Shown here in pieces: positions 12,678-24,662 of a DNA stretch of 64,000 nucleotides. Under the pieces are notes generated by a model. That model saw only the letters and a program-made list of their open reading frames with translations. It made no database searches and was not told the DNA's origin. Position 1 is the stretch's first letter. Each line of letters starts with the position of its first letter. Source of the DNA: Octopus vulgaris (taxonomy: Eukaryota); assembly GCA_951406725.2 (NCBI GenBank), contig OX597819.1, positions 107,632,001-107,696,000 on the forward strand. The letters run 5' to 3'. Position numbers and translations under genes: made by a program.

Positions 12678-12780
12678 TGAGAACTTCGTTGATTCGTTGC
12701 GTCAACCGGTTTATTTATTCACGGAGCTTTGATAACAATGCTACCCACTTGTCAGCGGCTTTCAAGCGGTTCCTTGCTTT
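12678..12780 (+). pseudogene. Possible P-element/THAP9-like transposase remnant
   Basis: ENFVDSLRQ then (frameshift) SFDNNATHLSAAFKRFL resembles the ENFF..IR..GG.NNNPT..QF..A.KRL motif; short and weak. Confidence 0.25.
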
Positions 12781-14313
12781 TGTCTTCATTGTTATTAAAG
12801 TAAAGAAACCAGATTTACATAGATGAGTTGTGATAGATGGATAAAGCACTTTGAAGTCACGTTAAGAAGCATAAATATGATTCTGTTTATTTCATACAAA
12901 AATTAACACCAATTTTATCAAATCTTCCTTAAGACTAACAGAGGAGAGAAGATCAATCAGCTTCTCTTTTGCCAGCTCGGCATTTCTTATCTCTGATAAT
13001 TAGAAATGTTAAGAATGGTAAAGAATCAGCATAATGACACTCTTTAAATGGAATTTTATGATAAACTTTACACAAGAGATGAAAATAGGGCATATCCAAA
13101 CATTTTTTCGGGACAAATTTTGTTAAGAAAGTACATAGCTTTGCTTTTATGATTCATAAATGTTGAATGACTATATATGATTGTATCATCGAAAACAAAG
13201 TAAAATAGGTTAGAATATGAAAGATAGCCCATCTTCCCACTGTACATGAAAAGGAAGTGCACTCCGTATCTCTCAGTCATAGTTTTCATAAAACAAGCTG
13301 AGCAGGTATAATGTATTACAGAATTAATATATAATTTTCAGGTATGGTATATTTACCACCTGTCGCATAAATCTGTATTCCAGCAGAATTTAATTCTACC
13401 CCCGGTTGAGAAAATCGTAATTTAACTTGTTTTCCTTTGTTTTGATTGTTTAACCACGACCAACAAATGATCGAGGAGATTTATAATTAAAGGTGTTGTA
13501 GCTGTAACCAACACACCACTGTATTTCAGATATAGTGAATCGAGGGTTAAATCCTCTATCGTTTATTCTTGTTGCGATTCAGTCTCAAGTGAGCAGTAAT
13601 CAAATAAGCCTATAATCAAATATGTTCCAACGGTGACTATCTTTTCTTGCATTTAGAAATATATAACAAGAACTAGATTATCTAATGAATTAAGTACATG
13701 TGAAGCTTCATCGAGCAGAAGTATCTTTTACTAAGACAATACATTACGTCAACTAGAGTGTCTCATTTTGGCCGATTTTGATGTTCAGAAATGTTATTCT
13801 GAACTAATACAGCTACCCATGATAATAACAAATTTTCACGCAAACCGATAAGTATTTACGACACCAGATATTTATTAATCACTGGTTTTTCGATATCAGT
13901 AGAAATAAAATTTAAGCATTCAGTATATAGTGGATAAAATTTGTTAAGCATGAAGTAGATAGTGGATACTTGATTCGTGACGACACAGAAATCATGATTT
14001 AGTAATTCTACCATCGCTTCTGAACATATTTCGCCTACTACTGGTACACTTATGGGCTTGTTAACATTGTACATCAATACGGGAAGCTTTCTCGAGATAA
14101 ATTCTGCAGTTTCTGACTTTCAAGACTATATATCCAAGTTATGTAAGATATACAAATGAATCACACTGCTTCCGTCGCTAATACCGAATATATACTTACG
14201 TACATATAGAGAGAGAGAAACAGGGAGAGATAGTGAGAGAGAGATAAAAGTATGTATGTATATACGTATTAATATATAGATAGACACACACGCGCAGGCA
14301 CATACACACAACA

Positions 14314-14692
14314 TACTCTCTTTACTTGTTTCAGTCGTTTGACTGCGGCCATGCTGGAGCACCGCTTTTTAGTCGAGCAAATCGACCCCAGGACTTATTC
14401 TTTGTAAGCCTAGTACTTATTCTATCGGTCTCTTTTACCGAACCGCTAAGTTACGGGGACGTAAACACACCAGCATCGGTTGTCAAGTGATGTTGGGGGG
14501 ACAAACACAGATGCACATACACACATATATATATATACGACGGGCTTCTTTCAGTTTCCGTCTACCAAATCCACTCACAAGGCTTTGGTCGGCCCGAGGC
14601 TATAGTAGAAAACACTTGCCCAAGGTGCCACGCAGTGGGCCTGAACCCAGAACCATGTGGTTGGTAAGCAAGCTACTTACCACACAACCACT
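14314..14692 (-). mobile_element. SINE family A, near full length
   Basis: Reverse complement of 29550-30000. Confidence 0.9.
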
Positions 14693-15177
14693 ATGTATAA
14701 ATATGCAGATACCTGAATATGCCTCACGGAATGGCGACGGTGCCCCGCATATTTACAGGCTGCCCTATGGCAAAGCACAGCACATGTTTAGCCGCCCTGC
14801 CAGGGATATGGCGAAGTCAGGAGACTTCAGGATGGTGGATTGTTAAGAGGTAGCGGAAGTGTTCATCTGAGTCAACAGTGCTTCGTACACTGACGCTGAG
14901 CGGAGGAAGCGTAGAAGATTAGCGGTGAGGATCACCAACCTCTATCAAGTGAGTAACTGCAACGTATTCATAGGGATGGCATCAATGATTGTGTAATCAG
15001 CTAATGAAAAGTTCACTATGACTCAAATTCCCAATTCAAATTCCTAATATTGGAACTGGGTGGTAACAAAGCGTCGTAAGAATCTGCGAAAGCAGCGTAA
15101 AAAAGTAGATATTCTTAATACAAATAATTGCAATCTACATCTGTATTGAGTAATTTTCCTATTGTTTGTAGATTCAA

Positions 15178-15210
<33 letters not shown>

Positions 15211-15340
15211 CATACATACACACACAAACATACATGTACGTACGCATGTATGAATGTATGTACGTACGTATGCTTGCATCTGTGTGCATATAATATACAC
15301 GTATGCTTGAGTAATGATTCATAAATGTCAGCGCAAAAAT

Positions 15341-15453
<113 letters not shown>

Positions 15454-16065
15454 ATAGTTCGAAAAATACAGGAACAAATATAAATAAAAAATATTTAATT
15501 TGACATTTTCATTTTAACAAATTTTGTTAACGACCCCGCCAATACATACCCAAATGTTAATATCAACACACGCAAACGAGTATATAAGCGTTCACGCATG
15601 TATGAATATTTATAAATATACTGATATTTCTTTGGAAACATGAAAGAACTTAAAAACATGAAAGAACCACTTCGGAACAGCATTTTCATTTCCCAGAGTT
15701 ATAAATAATATCTTTTATCAATTGAAGTAAAAGAAATCATTAGAAAATTTCGATTATATTTTTTTTGTTAATTTAGTATTATCTTATCATGCATAGATAT
15801 ATAGTCAAGTACAAACATACTTATGTGTGTGTGTGAGTACACGTGTGTGTGTGTGTAATAAGATATAGGTAAGATCGCCACGGAGAGAAAAGAACGGGGT
15901 AAATGACGAATAAAGAGAGGTGAAGAATGAAGTACATATATAAATCTAATAAAACGTAACGAAGCACACTCCTCACACACGCACACGCACACACACACAC
16001 ACACGCACACTTGTTCTGTTACAGCACTACACAAAGACAGCGATTATTTTACAATAACGAAGACA

Positions 16066-16480
16066 GTGGGCTGGCAGAGTTGTTTGCACGCCGGGGAAAA
16101 TGCTTCGTGGCATATCTCCTGGTCTTATGTTCGAATCTGCTTTCATTCTTATTCCTTTACTGCCGACAAGGGGCTACACACAGAGGGTACAAACAAGGAC
16201 AGACAAAGGGGTTAAGTCGATTACATCGACCCCAGTCCATAACTGGTACTTAATCTAACGACCCCGAAAGGATGAAAGGCAAAGTCAACCTCGGCGGAAT
16301 TTGAACTCAGAACGTATCGGCAGACGAAATACTGCTAAGCATTTCGCCCGGCGTGCTAACGTATCTGCCAGCTCGCCGCCTTATCTGCTTTCATTCTTTT
16401 GAGGTAGATCAAATAAGTATCAGACGAGCATTGACTACACCATTCCCCAAAACTTCTGGTCTTGTATTAAAATTGAAAAA
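16066..16480. mobile_element. SINE B (minus, 16151-16382) nested in an older plus-strand SINE B with a 16-bp TSD
   Basis: ATCTGCTTTCATTCTT at 16135-16150 and 16383-16398 flanks the insert. Confidence 0.85.
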
Positions 16481-16838
16481 CATTATTTTATAATAACGAC
16501 AATATTATCACTATGTCATGCCGTTTAACTCACTGGACGTGTGCTTTATAATGTTACTCATATCTTATGCATTGCTATTGAAAGCTGGCAAAAATAATCT
16601 TCTTAACGTCAAAAGAGGTGTCATAAACTTAATAATGTACTTTCAATTAGCATTCTACACTGAATTAGATATCATGTAGCTTTTATAGTAATTTATTCAT
16701 ATTTAGAACAGAGTGACACTGAAATCTGTGTGAATGTGTGTGCGCATGTGTCTGCGCGTGCGCGTGTGTATGTGTGAGTGTGTATGTGTGTGTGAGTGTG
16801 TGTGTGTGTGAATGTATGAGCATAAGTAGTTGATCAAA

Positions 16839-17470
16839 TGTTCGTAGCCACTTCAATATGGCTGTTCCGTTCAAGCGGAATTTACTGCGATTTTTTAACC
16901 TCAAGAGGACATCTCCTCTATCTGGTTAACGATGCACAGCTGCATCCGGTATATTGCGAGCAAGGGAACGAACCACTACCACCTTCTAGCGACGAGACCA
17001 GCATACCAGTCTGGTTTCGGTCTATTTATGCCTCTCTTCAGTACTGGAAACCTCATCTGTTAGAGATGGCAGTAGCTCGGCGATAAAAATTCCGCAGTAA
17101 ATTTCGCTCGAAGGGAGCAGCCGATGAACTACTGCAATCATATCTTAGAGGGATTTTAGAACTAGCGTTTTAGTTTGAAAAATCAGCGACTGTGTGTCGC
17201 TTGAATTTATATATATTGCAAGCAGAGGCGAGCTAATACCAACTCTAGCAGACGAGGTTTCCAGTAGTGAAGAGGCAGGAATAGCCCGAAACCAGACTAG
17301 TATGCTGGTCCCGTCGCTAGAAGAGGGCAGGGGTTCGTTCCTCGGTTCCCAATTTCATCGGATGCGACTATACATCATTAACCAGTTAGAGGAGATATCC
17401 TTTTGTGGTTAAAAAAAAATCGCAGCAAATTCCGCCCGAACGGAACAGCCATGTTGAAGTGACTACGAAC
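16839..17470. mobile_element. Fold-back element with about 240-bp diverged inverted arms, one HHR per arm (family D)
   Basis: 16839-17080 vs 17229-17470; HHR minus 16998-17047 (CCAGTA-CTGAAGA..GAAAC-CAGACTG-GTA-TGCTGG) and plus 17261-17308 (core GTGAAGA). Confidence 0.75.
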
Positions 17471-17757
17471 ATTACTTGCACTTGCTAGTACAATTACTGC
17501 AATCATCTCTTAGAGAGATTTCTGAACCGGCTTTTTAATTAATTGATCAATTGTTAAAGGAAAATTAACACGGAATAAAAAGAAAAATTATATATTAGAT
17601 GTTGATCACTGAAAGCTTTTTCTAGTGCACATGTATATATGACAATAAACATAAACAATAGCGTATATTTACTATTGTATGAATATTTGAAAGCATAATA
17701 AAGATTCCTATAAGTAGTTCATACTTCAGCACAAGCACGAACTCCTTAGAAGAAATA

Positions 17758-18295
17758 CTTCGAAGCAACATTCTTATTTTCCATAACTGAGTTCAACTGC
17801 GTATAACAAAAGATGTTAAACATATTTCTGTTATTAACTGAGAATTGCAAATGACTTTTTTAATATGTAACATGTATGTTTTATGTTTGAATATATATAT
17901 ATATATATATATAACTAATTAAGGGTAGAAATTGATATTTATCAATTAAGACCAGTGGTCTAGCATATTAAAAAAGAATCCGAAGATTAAAATATTTATA
18001 TATACCAATTAAGGACTGAACACGAAAAGTGGACAGTCAACATGCTAGATATAGACGTCAAATCGCCATTCACCACAAAAGATTATGTTCTCAGATCAAA
18101 CTCAACACAAAAAGATAGATTTTTTCTCTTATCTGTGATAAGAGAAAGAAATCTATCAGAAAGGAACTCTATCTCTCTTAAAAAAATATCTTTTGATAAG
18201 CATAACAAATGCGCAACCGGTAAAAAGAACTTTCACCTAATTAAATACACTCTCCCTTACTTAAATTACTTCGTCAGCATTTTCTTCATTTCCTT

Positions 18296-18331
<36 letters not shown>

Positions 18332-18463
18332 TCAAACATAAAACATACATGTTACATATTAAAAAAGTTAATTGCAATTTTCAGTTAATAACAGAAATAT
18401 GTTTAACATCTTTTGTTATACGCAGTTGAACTCAGTTATGGAAAATAAGAATGTTGCTTCGAA

Positions 18464-18464
<1 letters not shown>
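17758..18464. repeat. About 135-bp near-perfect inverted repeat enclosing a (TA)n-flanked insert
   Basis: 17758-17892 is the reverse complement of 18330-18464. Confidence 0.85.
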
Positions 18465-18519
<55 letters not shown>

Positions 18520-18522
<3 letters not shown>

Positions 18523-18679
18523 CGCAGGCGGGACTGTGTGGTAAGAAACTTGCTTCACAACCACATGGGTACACGTTCAGTCCGCTGTGAAGCACTTTGA
18601 GCAAGTGTCTTCGGCACTATCCACGAGTCGTCTAAAACCTTGTGAGTGGATTTGGTAGACGGGAACTGAAAGAAACCTG

Positions 18680-18682
<3 letters not shown>
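18520..18682 (+). mobile_element. SINE family A, 5' half
   Basis: AGGCGCAGGCGGGACTGTGTGGTAAG..GGATTTGGTAGACGGGAACTGAAAGAA. Confidence 0.85.
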
Positions 18683-18735
<53 letters not shown>

Positions 18736-18739
<4 letters not shown>

Positions 18740-18886
18740 CATCAAGTACAGGACATCACCAGCGAGTGAAAAATACTTAAAAACATAATGTTCTTAATGT
18801 ATATTTTTTGGTATTTAATCCTGTACTTATCTCTTCTGTGTTTACGTATTTTTCACTCATTGATGATGTCCTGTACTTAATGTATT
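18736..18886. repeat. About 50-bp inverted repeat beside (TA)n
   Basis: AATACATCAAGTACAGGACATCA..GAGTGAAAAATAC vs GTATTTTTCACTC..TGATGTCCTGTACTTAATGTATT. Confidence 0.75.
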
Positions 18887-19054
18887 TGATATTGCCTTGT
18901 CCGCAGTCATTTTTAATTTTACATATATACATACATATTGTCAATTCGAGGTCGTCAGGTCCTCATTAGAGGTTAAAAAATCCAAAAGTTTCAGAAGTTA
19001 ATCTCTATTATCCTTTCAAGAAATATGTTAACCTTTGTAGTATAAGTTCATAAA

Positions 19055-19204
19055 GCCCTGAGGAGATACTGCCTCATATAGTTAAAAATGAAGACCAACT
19101 GATAGCAAATGTCCTTACTCAAATGCTAAGAATTACTAATCACCTAGGGGCATGAATCGAGACATATATGTAGGTTTGGGTTGGGTGTGGAAACAGCTGT
19201 AGGC
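19055..19204 (+). ncRNA. Hammerhead motif with about 125-nt stem II domain, family E
   Basis: GCC-CTGAGGA-GATACT..GGTGTG-GAAAC-AGCT-GTA-GGC; closing pair of stem II is mismatched. Confidence 0.6.
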
Positions 19205-19353
19205 AGGAATTTCTCTACAAGAATTTGCATGTCTTTAGATAAAAATCTTTGTACGTCATTTTTTTTCTATTTTCATCATTTTCTCATTCAAATATATATA
19301 TTGAATGTATATGTCTATATATTAATATGTATATACTTGTGTATGCATATATA

Positions 19354-19393
<40 letters not shown>

Positions 19394-19446
19394 TATATAT
19401 AGAGAGAGAGTGAGAGAGAGACAGACAGAGAGACAGACAGACAGAC

Positions 19447-19522
<76 letters not shown>

Positions 19523-20388
19523 GGATGGATGGATAGATATGTACGTATGTATGTATTACGTGTATATCATTCATTATTCACGGAATTTAATTTTTTTTAA
19601 TCAACTCAACAGTTAAACATTGATTCGCTATAAAAATTAAGCAGTAACACACCTCACTGTCAGTGACACTGATAGAAGGAAGAAATTATTCTGTTTTAAT
19701 AATGCTATTTGAATAGTTGATGAGTCGGAACTTTCAACATGTGGTTTTTAATAGGATAATTTATAGCACGTGGTTTTAATAGTAACACTTGCCCTATATA
19801 TAGAGAACTTACAAGCTTGCAATATTGGTTGTGCCTAATATCAAAATAGTGAACGCTGTTGACATATCAGGAATTTGTTAAAAGAATGAACTAAAGAATG
19901 TGTTGTGCAAATCGATATATCAGATATTGTTAAGCCTTTTGTAATGGTGAGTTTATAAGTAGTGTACAAGGACACAATAAAATGTTTACAGGGACGTTGA
20001 TAAAATCCTGATTTAGGATTTTAAGCTCACCCAGCTGACATCCCCCTTTTTTCTTACTTGTCTACGAAAATATTGTATATAGAGAGACGGTATGTTTACA
20101 TTTGTCTAAAAATATTGGATTCGGTAAAAATCTAGGAATATATTTTGTCGTGCAGTACAACATTGAAATATAATACTTCTAAATAACCAGCAACTTAATA
20201 ATCGAACTTGCAACCAATTATGCTTCATATATGCAAATTGATTTATCCGGTTTCCTTCCGCTGCTTAGGAAAACCGAGCATAGGATTATATAACGGCTAA
20301 TGCCACTTTTTCTGTCTTCTAATAGAGCCACGCGCTGTCCAAAGCCTTATGGAGAGATTTGGTAGACTGCCATAAATATATATATATG

Positions 20389-20871
20389 AAGATAAATTAA
20401 ATAGATACTATTGACAAGCCAATAATTTATTTATATTACTATATTACATGATATACTATGAATATAATATCACATAACATAATATTATATAACATAAATA
20501 ATTATTAAAAAAATCATAATGGGCCAACAAATTGTTTCGACTTATATATATTTTTTCTGATATACATACTTAATAAAGGTTCCCTTATATATAAAGTCAC
20601 TTCAGGGTCATGGTTTAGATATAGACGGAAATTCACCTATATTTAAACCATGACCCTGAAGTGATTTTATATATAAGGGAACTGTTATTAAGAACGTATA
20701 TCAGAAAAAATATATATAAGTCGAAACAATTTGTTGGCTCCTTATGATTTTTTAATAATTATTTATGTTATATAATATTATGTTATGTGATATTATATTC
20801 ATATTATATCATGTAATATAGTAATATAAATAAATTATTGGCTTGTCAATAGTATCTCTCTAATTTATCTT
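20389..20871. mobile_element. Fold-back element, about 235-bp arms with 12-nt spacer and a variant HHR in each arm (family F)
   Basis: 20389-20624 vs 20637-20871; CC-CTGAAGT-GA(C/T)TTTATATATA..TATATATAAGTC-GAAAC-AATTT-GTT-GG. Confidence 0.75.
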
Positions 20872-20973
20872 TACAATTGCATTATACCAATATTTATATC
20901 GTATTCAAGTGACGAACCTGTGAATTGGATGTTTAACACTCCTTTGAAAGATTTCTTTTCTTCAGTTGGTTAC

Positions 20974-21014
<41 letters not shown>

Positions 21015-21114
21015 CTGTGTGTATGTGTGTGTGTGACCAAAATGTGACCGCGTGTGTACCGTTGGCGATTTTTTTTCCTCCGTCTTCCCTTCTCTGGATC
21101 TTTCCTTTTCCTAT

Positions 21115-21149
21115 GTTTCTGACGAAGAGCTCCGCTCGAAACGTAAAAC
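21115..21149 (+). ncRNA. Ultra-minimal 35-nt hammerhead, family G
   Basis: GTTT-CTGACGA-A-GAGC-TCC-GCTC-GAAAC-GTA-AAAC; the host element (about 21036-21250) ends in AAC(TA)n. Confidence 0.85.
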
Positions 21150-21246
21150 CCTCCTTCTTCCCTTCCTTCCTGGGGTTTCAATAATACTATATTTGTACCA
21201 CGTCCTCGCGTTGTTGTGTTTTCTCTTTGTGTTTTCATGTTTGGAT

Positions 21247-21297
<51 letters not shown>

Positions 21298-21644
21298 GGT
21301 AAAAAAGACAAGATAGAAAATGCTAAAATAATTTTATCATGAAGAACATTTTAGCACCGGTTTCAGTCATTTTTTTGTTTGGCCTATATATACGTCTTAA
21401 CCTGCTCTGGATGTCTTATCGAATAACACCTTTTACAAGACTCTATGCTTGGAATGACCAATTATAAGCAACATTTCAACCCACATACAAGGTACCGAAA
21501 ACTTATATATACACCATTCTGCTCAAATAATGGAACTGCGAAAAGACTACCCTTACGTATCTCACTTCTATTTTCGTTCCTCCACGTCACTCTGTATTTC
21601 ATATCTTCTCGATAATAACTATTGCTTAACCATTTTCTCGCACC

Positions 21645-21692
21645 GTCTCTGATGAAGGGATGTATAAAGTATCTCGGAAACTGATGTAAGAC
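21645..21692 (+). ncRNA. Hammerhead motif, family A third copy
   Basis: GTCT-CTGATGA-A-GGGATG..TATCTC-G-GAAAC-TGAT-GTA-AGAC. Confidence 0.75.
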
Positions 21693-21751
21693 ATTCTCTT
21701 TATAAATGTTCTGAAATCTTTCATAGCTTTGGATTTTTTTATCACATTCTG

Positions 21752-21799
<48 letters not shown>

Positions 21800-21804
<5 letters not shown>

Positions 21805-22112
21805 GCTTAAAATCAAAATAAGCAACAAGGATATCCTTACCTTCTTGGAGATTTTAAATAAAATTATACTAATGTGGCCATCTGTTTTAATTTAATTAAA
21901 GTCTATGTCTTTATGCAGCTGGGATTGCTCTACAATTAAATTGATGCAATCATTACATTTTTCATTTAAATGGAGTTGCTTGAAACGATCGTACTGCATT
22001 ACCTCTGGATATCCTTGTTGCTTATTTGGATTTTAGTCACCTTATTTTGAAATTGTATGGATAATACTGTACTAAATTCTGGTGCCTCAACTTAAGTACC
22101 ATATTCATCAGA

Positions 22113-22117
<5 letters not shown>
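21800..22117 (+). mobile_element. Family C element between two (TA)n tracts, HHR 5' core damaged
   Basis: ATGCAG-CTG..GAAAC-GATC-GTA-CTGCAT; 21801-21836 is an inverted copy of about 22007-22042. Confidence 0.65.
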
Positions 22118-22185
<68 letters not shown>

Positions 22186-22418
22186 TACATATAAATAAAT
22201 GCATTTCCTACATTTTTTCGCATGCATATGTAATACACGATGGTTTTTTATTGATGGTGTTAGTTAGGGCTAAATATATGTTAGAGAGAGAGAGAGAGAG
22301 AGATTAAATTGAGGAAAAAAGAAACATGGATAGAGAGATAATCTGAGGGAGAAGATGGTAACATTCATCAATAAGTTGAGCATCCGTTTGTTAAAAATAC
22401 TAAAGTCAAAAAATTCAT

Positions 22419-22469
22419 GACGTTTCAAAACTGCTAGTTAATTACCGTATATTAGTGTTGCGTCGTCAG
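22419..22469 (-). ncRNA. Hammerhead core downstream of the Penelope ORF, family H; stems degenerate
   Basis: CTGACGA..GAAAC-GTC on the minus strand about 350-400 bp after the GIY-YIG end. Confidence 0.5.
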
Positions 22470-22799
22470 TATTTGTGCGTTAATCTACGGTCAATATAAA
22501 CTTTGCACATAAAGCAAAATTTAAACATTACCAGGTAATTTTTATAGACAGATAATTTATATCAAAACTAAGTACACTAAATTTGTAATTATTGTTAAGA
22601 CGATATGTTTAGTCTCAAATTTAGTTTTAATAAATTATTATAAGAATTTCAACACTATATTTATGAGAAGCTTGTCAATTGAATTAATAGTAAAATACCA
22701 AAACCTCGGCACGTATAGAAGACATAATCTCCATCCACACCATTTAACTAATATATTATATTACATCTACTAACCATTTTTAACGCTTATCAACAATAT

Positions 22800-23911
22800 T
22801 TAATGGTAGTTTCTCAGAGCCCATATACCTGCATATATTAAGATTAAGAGATGTCTCCTAGAATATAAGATCGAAAATAACTTTTCTAGACAAAGAAAGC
22901 AAAAGGAGATCCCAGTCTTATAAGCAGGTGCTTTGCTTGTAATCTCCCATTCCATAGAAAAACATTTTTTCCTTCTCCTTCAAGTCTCTAATAAATTCAC
23001 TGAGGCTGGTAGAAGACCGGCTCCTATTATTAAAGGTGTAAATATGGTTAGAGACGCGCTACTTAACAAAGTTTTACGTAGCTCCTATATAATAGAAACT
23101 TTTACGCTCAGGTATCACCTTATATCTGTAAATAAAATTCTTTTGATTACAATAATTTTTAAATAAACGTTTACTTCTAATCCTACAATCGCAAAAAGTA
23201 TTTTCATTAGTGCTCGCATTCTTATACTGCTTCCATCATTACATTCAGTATAATTCCTATTTACCATTTCATTAACATTCAAGAGGTTGGGGTGGGATTT
23301 AACACTGATTGAATCCCCTAGTACACTTAACGTCCCAAACTTACTTTCATTACTAACATTTATTCCATTAGTATTACTCTTATAGCGTTTACGACTATTA
23401 GAATTATTAGGAAAGTTAGATAATTTTCTGTCGTTAATTGAAGATAGAATCTGGCATGAATTATTAGATACGGCTTTTTGTATTCCGTTATTCGCATTCC
23501 TGATAATACAGAGACGATTACAAAAACGAAGTAATATATTGTTTCTCATATTTTGCATTTCATTTTTCACATTTTGACATTTAAATTTACCTACCCTTTG
23601 CTTATTCCCATTCCTGGCTATTTGTTTAAAATCATTGTTAATATAGGAAACATCTATGTTGTTGGAGGTGCTGACGCCCATATTTTTAGGATAATATTGT
23701 TTGTATCCATCTTTACTAAGTGCCACATTACAATAGTGGGAATTTTTGTCAAAAATCTCCTTATCAGACGATAAATTAGAAATTGTTGATGATTGCTTTC
23801 GACACATATACTTAAGATTGGAGTCGGGTTTGATGTATTGTTCATATTTATCTGAAATGAGATTAAGATTAACATCAAGGAAGTTAACAGATTTATGTTC
23901 GTTTTCAATTG

Positions 23912-23912
<1 letters not shown>
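22800..23912 (-). pseudogene. Penelope-like retroelement ORF remnant (RT C-terminus, linker, GIY-YIG endonuclease), 5'-truncated at (TA)n
   Basis: VNFLDVNLNL..YIKP..SNH / ISNLSSDKEIFD..ALSKDGY; CNQKNFIYRYKV..YYIGAT*..RVSNH; WEITSKAPAY..CFLCLEK. Confidence 0.85.
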
Positions 23913-23955
<43 letters not shown>

Positions 23956-24195
23956 TTTTTAAAAGTAGGATAAAATTTTTATAAGAAATTATCAAGTAGC
24001 TAGCGTGAAAAACCTCATAAGGGAAAAATTTATTAATTATTCCCTTTAAATATATTTATTTATATTAAGGGCATTACTATACATAAATGCCTCACGCTAG
24101 GAGGGAATCTAAAAGTCAACACTACCATAATAAACACATTTTGTACCGAACGCGAGGGAATGAAACTCTCGAAGCGAGCCTTTTAAAAACAGCGC

Positions 24196-24247
<52 letters not shown>

Positions 24248-24248
<1 letters not shown>

Positions 24249-24485
24249 CTATGTTACATTACTCGGTAGTCATAAAACTCTGAGTTTCAGATGCCGAAGT
24301 GGAAATCCACAACACCATCTCTTCGGTTATCTCGGAGATAACCGAAGAGATGGTGTTGTGATTTCCACTTCGGCATAGATTTATCTTGACTACCGAGTAA
24401 TGTAACATATTGTATAGATAAATTTCCTCTATTTACATAATATTGAGGTCTCTTTCTTTCTTTTGTTATCTTACCGTTTTATCAA
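24248..24485. mobile_element. Palindromic HHR-like element between (TA)n tracts, family I
   Basis: Palindrome centred at 24334; minus 24272-24330 ATAA-CCGAAGA-GATG..CATCT-GAAAC-TCAGA-GTT-TTAT; homolog at 51245-51445. Confidence 0.65.
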
Positions 24486-24522
24486 TATATATATATAGAT
24501 AGATAGATAGATATATAGATAG

Positions 24523-24597
<75 letters not shown>

Positions 24598-24662
24598 CAT
24601 ATACACACACTCATGTATATACATAAACATATACATTTATTTATGAGTGTGTATGTAAGTAT

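Noticed and set aside
24140-24185. GAGGG-AATGAAA-CTCTC-GAAGC hairpin in a TA-bounded segment
   Set aside because: Both core halves deviate too far from the HHR consensus
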